From contig LCLX01000001.1 in assembly GCA_001002285.1 (NCBI GenBank), positions 258,302-314,894 on the forward strand: a stretch of DNA of 56,593 nucleotides, written 5' to 3'. Within the stretch, counting starts at the first letter, position 1, and each line of letters begins with the position of its first letter. The notes beneath the pieces were generated by a model. The model did not search any database and had not been told where the DNA came from. It was given only the letters and a program-made list of their open reading frames with translations. A program made the position numbers and the translations under genes. Shown here piece after piece: positions 27,271 through 34,514 of this stretch. This DNA comes from Microgenomates group bacterium GW2011_GWC1_46_15. GTDB taxonomy: Bacteria; Patescibacteriota; Microgenomatia; UBA1400; UBA12028.

Positions 27271-28590
27271 ATGGCAAGTATTCAAACCATAAAAGCACGA
27301 GAGATTCTCGATTCTCGCGGGTATCCCACTATCGAAACGATGATTACGCTGGACAATGGAATTGTCGTGAGCGCTGCCGTGCCGTCGGGAACTTCAACCG
27401 GCAAACATGAGGCGGTGGAACTCCGTGACAACGATCAGTCGCGGTACTATGGTCGGGGTGTTTTAAAGGCTGTGAAGAACGTGAACGAAATCATTGCGCC
27501 GGTGGTAATTGGACAAGATCCAACAAAACAAACCACCATTGATCAAATTTTGGTGAACTTGGATGGAACACCAAATAAAAGCAAACTTGGAGCAAACGCA
27601 ATCTTATCGGTTTCGCAAGCCGTCGCAAAAGCAGGCGCGGCGACGGTGGAACTTCCGCTCTATGAATACTTCAAACAAAAATATCAGATTGTGCAGAACT
27701 ACCACATCCCAACACCAATTTTTAACTTAATTAACGGCGGGGCGCACGGCGCGGGCAATCTTGATTTTCAAGAGTTCCAGATTATTCCCGCGAGTAATAA
27801 GCCGTTTTATAAAGCGCTGCAAATTGGGAGTGAGATTTTTATGAAACTTGAAGAAGTGCTCATTGCTAAAGGTGCGGTTCACTCAACCGGCATTGAAGGT
27901 GGATTTGCGCCCAATCTGTATACCAACACTGACGCGTTTCAACTCTTTTTTGAGACGATTACGCGCACACCGTATGTCGTCGCGCAGGACGTGTTTCTCG
28001 GGCTTGATGCGGCGGCGAATTATTTTTTCCATGGGGGAAAGTATAAAATCCGTGACCGGAACGATGCGTTTTCAACAAAAGAAATGATTCAGTTTTACAA
28101 AGAAGTGTCGCAGCAGTACCACGTGTTTTCGCTTGAGGATGGATTGGCGGAGGACGATTGGGACGGATGGAAAGCGATGACAACTGAGTTGGGTGGAACG
28201 GTGATGATGATCGGTGACGATCTTCTCACAACGAGTAAAGAACGGGTTCTGCGCGCAATTCAGGAAAAGTCGTGTAACGCGGTGCTCGTAAAGCCAAACC
28301 AGATTGGTACGGTAAGTGAAACCGTTGAAGTGGTAAAAATCGCAAAAGATGCGGGATGGCAGATTGTGTTTTCACATCGTTCCGGTGAAACCACCGATGA
28401 TTTTATCGCCGATATGGCAGTGGGACTTGGTGCGGACTACGCGAAATTTGGCGCGCCCGACCGCGGTGAGCGCGTTGTGAAGTACAACAGATTGCTGCAA
28501 ATTGAGTCGGAGATTGCTCCTGTACCTGCGTCCCCCGCGGTTTCTCCAACTCCATCGGGAATGCCATCAACTTTTGCGCCCCGTACCTAG
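27271..28590 (+). CDS. eno: enolase (with ~25-aa Pro-rich C-terminal tail)
   Basis: ILDSRGYPTIE and SHRSGETTDDFIADMAVG. The tail is APVPASPAVSPTPSGMPSTFAPRT. Confidence 0.97.
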   Translation: MASIQTIKAREILDSRGYPTIETMITLDNGIVVSAAVPSGTSTGKHEAVELRDNDQSRYYGRGVLKAVKNVNEIIAPVVIGQDPTKQTTIDQILVNLDGTPNKSKLGANAILSVSQAVAKAGAATVELPLYEYFKQKYQIVQNYHIPTPIFNLINGGAHGAGNLDFQEFQIIPASNKPFYKALQIGSEIFMKLEEVLIAKGAVHSTGIEGGFAPNLYTNTDAFQLFFETITRTPYVVAQDVFLGLDAAANYFFHGGKYKIRDRNDAFSTKEMIQFYKEVSQQYHVFSLEDGLAEDDWDGWKAMTTELGGTVMMIGDDLLTTSKERVLRAIQEKSCNAVLVKPNQIGTVSETVEVVKIAKDAGWQIVFSHRSGETTDDFIADMAVGLGADYAKFGAPDRGERVVKYNRLLQIESEIAPVPASPAVSPTPSGMPSTFAPRT

Positions 28591-28625
28591 ACTTTTCTCC
28601 TGAATTTCACTACACTGAATGCGCA

Positions 28626-30341
28626 ATGAATCAAGATATTTCTCAGCAGAATAGTGCTCAGCCAACTGTTTCTGTTGCCGCCATTCCTCCCGCTATTTCC
28701 AACGTCGTTTCTGCAGCTGTTCCCAAACCCGTTGTTCTTCTTATTCTCGACGGTTGGGGTATTGGCCCCGATAATCCCGGCAACGCCATTCTGCGTGCAA
28801 ACACCCCCAACATGAAGTCGTATTGGGAAAACTATCCCCATGCCCAGCTCGAAGCATCCGGCGCTGCGGTTGGACTGCCAAAAGGTGAGGATGGAAACAC
28901 GGAAACGGGCCATTTGAATATTGGGGCTGGGCGCATTGTCTATCAGGACCTTCCGCGTATTAATATGTCGGTTGGCGATGGTTCGTTTTCCCAAAATGCC
29001 GCGTTTATCCAAGCATTTGATCACGTTAAAAAAAATAACAGCGCACTGCATCTGATGGGACTTGTTGGTTCGGGAGGTGTACACAGCACGCTTTCACATT
29101 TGTATGCGTTGCTCGCGGCGGCAAAACAACACGGTATTACAGACCGCATTTTTATCCATGCGTTCACTGATGGCCGTGATTCCCCACCAATGTCTGGAAC
29201 CGATTACATCCGCCAGCTTCTTGATCACATCAAAACGTTGGGGGTGGGAAAACTGGCGACCGTGATAGGACGATATTTTGCGATGGACCGTGACCACAGA
29301 TGGGAAAGGACCGAAGTTGCATATAACGCGTTAGTCACTGGTGCAACCACATGCACACAGAACATTGAAGAAGAGATGAAAAAATCATATGCGGCAGGGA
29401 AAACCGATGAGTTCATCGAGCCGATTAGTATATGCGATGAGAATGGGAAACCGTATACCGTACAAGACAATGACGCGGTGATTTTCTTTAACTACCGCAT
29501 TGACCGCCCCCGGCAACTTACGAAAGCGTTTGTCTTGCCGGATTTTGAACGCGGTACAGGGCGTGAAGGATTTGACCCATACTCGGTAAAGTACACGAAG
29601 TCGCACCTTCAACAAGCAAGTGAAACAAAACCGTTTACCCGGAAAAAAGTTTTACACAATCTTTTGTTCATCACAATGACAGAGTATGAGCGTGGACTTC
29701 CAACGCTTGTTGCGTTTGCACCAGAGTACGTTGCGAATCCACTCGGAAAAGTTCTTTCAGAACACAATATACATCAACTTCGTATGGCTGAAACCGAAAA
29801 AGAGCGGTTTGTGACGTATTACTTTAATGGCCAGCGGGAAGACGCATTTACCGGCGAAGAGCATTTGATTGTTCCATCGCAAAAAGTGGCGACGTACGAT
29901 CTCATGCCGGAAATGAGCGCGAACGAAATTACGCGCGTCCTCCTTGAAAAAATTTCTTCAGGATCGTGTGATGTGATGATCGTAAACTATGCGAATGCAG
30001 ATATGGTTGCACACACTGGAAATCTGCAGGCAACAGTAAAGGCATGCGAAGTTACTGATGCATGTGTCGGCCAGATTGTGTCCGCAGTTACTCAGGCTGG
30101 CGGTATTGTATTGATTACCGGTGACCATGGCAACGCTGAAGAGTTAATCAATAATGAAACCGGCGAAGTTGATACAGAACACAGCATTTACCCCGTTCCT
30201 CTTCTGGTGATAGGAAAGCAGTTTGAGCACGCAGAAAAAAAGGAGCTTGGAAAGGGTATTCTTGCCGATATTGCTCCAACACTGCTTCATTTACTTCATA
30301 TTCCTCAACCACCAGAGATGACCGGCCGCGCGCTTATCTAA
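28626..30341 (+). CDS. gpmI: 2,3-bisphosphoglycerate-independent phosphoglycerate mutase (with ~35-aa N-terminal extension)
   Basis: LLILDGWGIG, FTDGRDSPP and ITGDHGNAEE. Confidence 0.95.
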   Translation: MNQDISQQNSAQPTVSVAAIPPAISNVVSAAVPKPVVLLILDGWGIGPDNPGNAILRANTPNMKSYWENYPHAQLEASGAAVGLPKGEDGNTETGHLNIGAGRIVYQDLPRINMSVGDGSFSQNAAFIQAFDHVKKNNSALHLMGLVGSGGVHSTLSHLYALLAAAKQHGITDRIFIHAFTDGRDSPPMSGTDYIRQLLDHIKTLGVGKLATVIGRYFAMDRDHRWERTEVAYNALVTGATTCTQNIEEEMKKSYAAGKTDEFIEPISICDENGKPYTVQDNDAVIFFNYRIDRPRQLTKAFVLPDFERGTGREGFDPYSVKYTKSHLQQASETKPFTRKKVLHNLLFITMTEYERGLPTLVAFAPEYVANPLGKVLSEHNIHQLRMAETEKERFVTYYFNGQREDAFTGEEHLIVPSQKVATYDLMPEMSANEITRVLLEKISSGSCDVMIVNYANADMVAHTGNLQATVKACEVTDACVGQIVSAVTQAGGIVLITGDHGNAEELINNETGEVDTEHSIYPVPLLVIGKQFEHAEKKELGKGILADIAPTLLHLLHIPQPPEMTGRALI

Positions 30342-30439
30342 ATTAAAGTACGTGACACGTTGACCACTTTCATTTTCGTAAGGTGATTGTTCGATTTCAC
30401 CGATATACTGATATATATTGCCTCTTGAGAGTGGAGTCT

Positions 30440-30448
30440 TGCTACAAT
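30440..30448 (+). promoter_or_regulatory. extended -10 promoter of the heptad-repeat gene
   Basis: TGcTACAAT lies 11 nt upstream of ATG 30460, implying a leader of only a few nt and no SD. Confidence 0.4.
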
Positions 30449-30459
30449 ATAGTTTAGGC

Positions 30460-30870
30460 ATGACGGAGAAAGAAGTGAAGCAAATCACCGATGCAATGAC
30501 CAAGGTCTTTTTCAAATGGCTGGAAAGTCCGGAGTTTGATGCAAAAGTAGAGAAAATTATACACAGGGTTCTTGGCGAGTATACGTCTGAGGTTGTGGAG
30601 AGTTCGTACACAATCCTCTACGAGAAGATTGATGAGCTAGAAGTAAGTGTAAGAAAAGATATTGCTGATTTAAAACAGGACGTTGCAGTTCTTAAACAAG
30701 ACGTACATGTTCTAAAACAAGACGTTGCCGCGCTCAAACAGGATATGGGTATTCTTAAGCAAAAAGTTACACATCTTGAGCAAGACATTGCAATCCTCAA
30801 GGAAGACGTTGCCGACCTCAAGCAGGATATGCGTCTTGTAAAACGTGCGCTTAGTTCGCAAACTTCCTAA
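30460..30870 (+). CDS. coiled-coil protein built from nine perfect heptads, paralogue of 20097..20675
   Basis: MTEKEVKQI...KVFFKWLESPEFDAKVEKII, then DIADLKQ DVAVLKQ DVHVLKQ DVAALKQ DMGILKQ KVTHLEQ DIAILKE DVADLKQ DMRLVKR. The ORF track starts at TTG 30418. Confidence 0.6.
   Translation: MTEKEVKQITDAMTKVFFKWLESPEFDAKVEKIIHRVLGEYTSEVVESSYTILYEKIDELEVSVRKDIADLKQDVAVLKQDVHVLKQDVAALKQDMGILKQKVTHLEQDIAILKEDVADLKQDMRLVKRALSSQTS
30658..30846 (+). repeat. 9 x 21-nt in-frame tandem repeat (heptad D-[VIM]-x-x-L-K-Q)
   Basis: Read directly: gatattgctgatttaaaacag / gacgttgcagttcttaaacaa / gacgtacatgttctaaaacaa / and so on. Confidence 0.9.
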
Positions 30871-31471
30871 TCAATCCAACCACTCTTCCTTGCACCCGCA
30901 CGTTTGTCGCAAAAATCGGCTGCATGGTGGAGTTTGCCGGCTCAAGCCGTACCCGCGTGGCTTCCCTAAAGAAACGTTTGAGTGTTGCGAACCCATTGTC
31001 GAGCAGAGCGACAACAATCTCACCATTTGTCGCATCCTGGCGCTCTTCAATGACTACATAGTCACCGTCAAGAATACCGTCCTCAATCATGGAGTCACCT
31101 GTCACCTTTAATACGTATGACCGCGAACTGTTCGAAACAAGATCCGGTGGAACTTTAAACACCGCGTTGGGATCGGTATACGGCTGAATGGGCCTGCCCG
31201 CGGCAATAAAGCCGAGGAGTGGAATATCTACACTATCTACTGTACGCAAAAAGGTGCGGTCCAAAAGTTCCAGTCCGCGTACCGCCCCCTCATACTTTCT
31301 CAAGATTTTCTTGCGGATGAGCGCTTGGAGGTGTTCATGAATTGTCGCGAGCGAGGACACACCAATCGCGGTGGCAATTTCCTGCAACGTTGGAGAGTAC
31401 CCGTTGCGTTGGATGTACTGCGCGATAAAATCAACAATCTGGCGCTGACGCTTGTATAATGTAACAGCCAT
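30851..31471 (-). CDS. lexA: LexA repressor
   Basis: wHTH (SPTLQEIATAIGVSS), Ala-Gly cleavage site FIAAGRP, catalytic VTGDSMIEDGI and TLKRF. AAAGGAG SD. Confidence 0.93.
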   Translation of the reverse strand: MAVTLYKRQRQIVDFIAQYIQRNGYSPTLQEIATAIGVSSLATIHEHLQALIRKKILRKYEGAVRGLELLDRTFLRTVDSVDIPLLGFIAAGRPIQPYTDPNAVFKVPPDLVSNSSRSYVLKVTGDSMIEDGILDGDYVVIEERQDATNGEIVVALLDNGFATLKRFFREATRVRLEPANSTMQPIFATNVRVQGRVVGLIRKFAN

Positions 31472-31503
31472 GTGGGCTCCTTTCCCTGGTTTGTTTGTGT
31501 TCT

Positions 31504-31526
31504 GTTCGCCCGAATAGACATCGAAC
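31504..31526. promoter_or_regulatory. candidate LexA operator (inverted repeat overlapping the lexA -10)
   Basis: GTTCG-N13-CGAAC. The right arm overlaps TATAGT (complement of 31525-31530) of the putative lexA promoter. A related TAGAYAT(T)CGWA string occurs at 31573-31585 and 34456-34470. Confidence 0.3.
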
Positions 31527-31610
31527 TATATCCACAATAACCGAAGGGAGAACGAAGAGTCAACTAGAACTTAATAGATCGAAAGAGATCAAGTAAAATA
31601 AAGAAAAAAT

Positions 31611-33698
31611 ATGCAGTTTCATCTTAAATCTCCATTCCAGCCGGCCGGCGACCAGCCGCAGGCGATTGATCAGCTTGTTGCTGGCATTCAATCACAGCAG
31701 AAAAAACAAGTTTTACTTGGCGTTACTGGTTCAGGAAAAACGTTTACGGTGTCCAACGTCATCCAAAAGATCCAAAAGCCAACCTTGATTATTTCGCACA
31801 ACAAAACACTCGCAGCTCAGCTCTACCAAGAGTTCCGCGATTTTTTTCCGGATAACGCAGTCAGCTACTTTGTGTCGTACTACGACTACTATCAGCCCGA
31901 AGCGTATATCCCAACGACCGATACGTACATCGAAAAAGAAACACAGATTAATGATGATATCGAAAAACTGCGGTTGGCGGCAACGACCAACCTTCTCACC
32001 CGTCCCGACGTCATCGTTGTTGCGTCGGTTTCATGTATTTATAACCTTGGTTCTCCGGTAGAGTACGCGGCGAACCAACTGGAACTCATGACTGGTGAAG
32101 TTATTCCCCGCGACACAATCTTTTTGCAGTTAGCGAACTTGCAGTACCAACGTGTTGACACCGACCTCCGGCGTGCAAGTTTTCGCGTGCGCGGTGAACG
32201 TATTCACATTTGGCCGGCGTACCAAGACACCGCGTTTGCCATATCGTTGTTTGGCAACACAATCGAAAATATTCAGGAGATTGATCCAACAAGCGGTGAG
32301 CAAATCAATGAAGAACCGCTTAAATTAATCGTGATTCATCCCGCAAAACACTACATCGCGAGCGAAGAGTCGCGAGTAGGTGCATTTGAGCAGATTCGTG
32401 CGGACTTACAAAGCCAGCTTACAAAACTCCGCAGTGAAGGAAAAGTGTTGGAAGCGTACCGGTTGGAACAACGCGTAAACTACGATCTCGATATGATTCA
32501 GGAGATTGGGTTTGTTGGTGGAATTGAAAACTACTCGCGGTACTTTGACGGAAGAAAACCCGGCGATCCGCCGTATACATTGATCGATCACTTTCGCGAA
32601 AATGCCAAACGATTTGGTGATGGCTCATTTTTGACCGTGATTGATGAGTCGCACATTACGGTTCCGCAGGTCCGTGGTATGTATAACGGCGACCAATCAC
32701 GCAAAAAAACGCTTGTGGACTATGGTTTTAGGTTGCCGTCTGCGCTGGACAACCGCCCGCTCCGGTTTGAGGAGTTCATGCGGAATGTGGATGACATGCT
32801 TTTTGTTTCCGCGACACCAAACGAGTGGGAGGTGAGTGTTTCCGACCACCACGTTGTTGAACAACTCATCCGTCCCACCGGCCTTCTTGATCCCGAAATT
32901 GAGATCCGCAAAAGCGATGGGCAGATTGAAAATCTTGTTCTTGAAATTCTAAAAAGAAAAAAGCGCGGCGAACGCGTATTAGTAACAACGTTGACTAAAC
33001 GCATGGCCGAAGCATTGACAGAGTATTTGAATGACCCGAAAAAAGTAAAAGACCGCATTGGCGCGTTTCCATTCGAAATGCCAAAAGTGCAGTATCTCCA
33101 CTCCGATATAGAAACGCTGGAACGGTCTGATATTCTTGATGATCTGCGCCGCGGTGTGTTTGATGTTGTGATCGGGATTAACTTGTTGCGTGAGGGGCTC
33201 GATCTGCCCGAAGTATCGTTGGTTGCGATTTTGGATGCAGATAAAGAAGGGTTTTTGCGGTCAACAACGTCACTGATTCAAACGATGGGCCGTGCCGCTC
33301 GGCATCAAAACGGGCGGGTCATTATGTACGCCAATACGATAACAAAATCAATGAAAAGTGCGATTGATGAAGTAAACCGCCGCCGCGAAGTTCAGATACG
33401 ATACAACGAAAAACACCACGTTACGCCAATGTCTATCCAAAAACCGGTGCGTGACCAAATGATCGCGCGGGTGAAGGATGAGGGTGCGACATATACTGCG
33501 ATCCATCGGCATATTATGGTTAAGCTTTCCCCCAAAAAGAGCGTTGTTCTACAGGATATCCATCCCGAGGCGCTTACCCCGGAAGAAAAGCGCGCACATA
33601 TTCGGGCGCTCACACGAACGATGAACGCTGCGGCAAAAGTAATGAACTTTGAGCTAGCCGCTGAGGTGCGGGACACAATTAAAAAAATACAGAGTTAG
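31611..33698 (+). CDS. uvrB: excinuclease ABC subunit B
   Basis: GVTGSGKTFT, YYDYYQPEAY beta-hairpin region, helicase motifs, and C-terminal UVR domain FELAAEVRDTIKKI. Confidence 0.97.
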   Translation: MQFHLKSPFQPAGDQPQAIDQLVAGIQSQQKKQVLLGVTGSGKTFTVSNVIQKIQKPTLIISHNKTLAAQLYQEFRDFFPDNAVSYFVSYYDYYQPEAYIPTTDTYIEKETQINDDIEKLRLAATTNLLTRPDVIVVASVSCIYNLGSPVEYAANQLELMTGEVIPRDTIFLQLANLQYQRVDTDLRRASFRVRGERIHIWPAYQDTAFAISLFGNTIENIQEIDPTSGEQINEEPLKLIVIHPAKHYIASEESRVGAFEQIRADLQSQLTKLRSEGKVLEAYRLEQRVNYDLDMIQEIGFVGGIENYSRYFDGRKPGDPPYTLIDHFRENAKRFGDGSFLTVIDESHITVPQVRGMYNGDQSRKKTLVDYGFRLPSALDNRPLRFEEFMRNVDDMLFVSATPNEWEVSVSDHHVVEQLIRPTGLLDPEIEIRKSDGQIENLVLEILKRKKRGERVLVTTLTKRMAEALTEYLNDPKKVKDRIGAFPFEMPKVQYLHSDIETLERSDILDDLRRGVFDVVIGINLLREGLDLPEVSLVAILDADKEGFLRSTTSLIQTMGRAARHQNGRVIMYANTITKSMKSAIDEVNRRREVQIRYNEKHHVTPMSIQKPVRDQMIARVKDEGATYTAIHRHIMVKLSPKKSVVLQDIHPEALTPEEKRAHIRALTRTMNAAAKVMNFELAAEVRDTIKKIQS

Positions 33699-33767
33699 AA
33701 CGTATTGTGCCATCACGAATATTCCTGTACGATGAACAAGTTTTCTTTTTAAAAAGGAGAAAAAATA

Positions 33768-34442
33768 ATGCCGCACTTTGACTTAGTTGAACTCATCAAA
33801 ACGTTAGGCTACCTCGGAATGTTCACGATCGTGTTTGCGGAGTCGGGATTGTTTTTTGGGTTTTTCCTGCCCGGCGATAGTTTGCTTTTCACCGCAGGCT
33901 TCCTTGCTTCGCAGGGCTTTTTGAACATTTGGGTCCTCGTTCCCATTCTTGTCATTGGCGCAATTCTTGGTGATAGTACGGGATACTGGATGGGCCGAAA
34001 GTTCGGTAACTGGCTGATGAAACAGAAAGACTCGTTCTTTTTCCAAAAACATCATTTATTGCGGGCGCAGAAATTCTATGAAAAACACGGTGGGAAAACG
34101 CTCATTTTGGCTCGGTTCATGCCGGCAGTCCGCACATTTGCCCCCATCGTTGCTGGTATGGCAAACATGCACTACAACACGTTTCTTTCATTTAACGTGA
34201 TCGGTGGATTTGGATGGGCGATGGGCATGACCTTACTAGGGTACTTCTTGGGAAGTGCTATTCCAGATGTTGATAAGTATCTCTTACCAATTGTCGGGGC
34301 GATTGTTGTGATTTCGGTTGTTCCCGCTCTGCTTCACATGCGTGCAGATAAATCCGCAGAAGAAGTAAAAAAGAAAAAAAGTACAGGATTTTCATTGTGG
34401 TTCCGCATCAAGATCGCGCTATCCCGTCTTGTCGGAAAATAA
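33768..34442 (+). CDS. DedA-family membrane protein
   Basis: ESGLFFGFFLPGDSLLFTAGFLA and ILARFMPAVRTFAPIVAG. AAAGGAGAA SD. Confidence 0.9.
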   Translation: MPHFDLVELIKTLGYLGMFTIVFAESGLFFGFFLPGDSLLFTAGFLASQGFLNIWVLVPILVIGAILGDSTGYWMGRKFGNWLMKQKDSFFFQKHHLLRAQKFYEKHGGKTLILARFMPAVRTFAPIVAGMANMHYNTFLSFNVIGGFGWAMGMTLLGYFLGSAIPDVDKYLLPIVGAIVVISVVPALLHMRADKSAEEVKKKKSTGFSLWFRIKIALSRLVGK

Positions 34443-34449
34443 CTTTCCG

Positions 34450-34458
34450 TGATACACT
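34450..34458 (+). promoter_or_regulatory. extended -10 promoter upstream of uvrA
   Basis: TGaTACACT. Immediately overlapped by ACTAGACATTCGTAC (34456-34470). Confidence 0.35.
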
Positions 34459-34514
34459 AGACATTCGTACTTCTTATGGGTACACCTTTTAGTACACATC
34501 TATAGGAATTTGTC

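Noticed and set aside
28587-29084. A 165-aa minus-strand ORF spanning the eno/gpmI junction.
   Set aside because: It is antisense to the well-supported gpmI N-terminal region, has no start signals, and its composition looks like a shadow frame.
30350-30360. Perfect 11-nt palindrome ACGTGACACGT after gpmI.
   Set aside because: It is too short, and its 1-nt loop rules out an RNA terminator. It is a single occurrence with no partner site, which is insufficient to call a binding site.
30658-30846. A regular 21-nt repeat array that could be mistaken for a CRISPR-like or satellite array.
   Set aside because: The units are contiguous with no spacers, and they are in frame and encode perfect coiled-coil heptads within a gene that has start and stop signals. 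There are no cas genes in the window.
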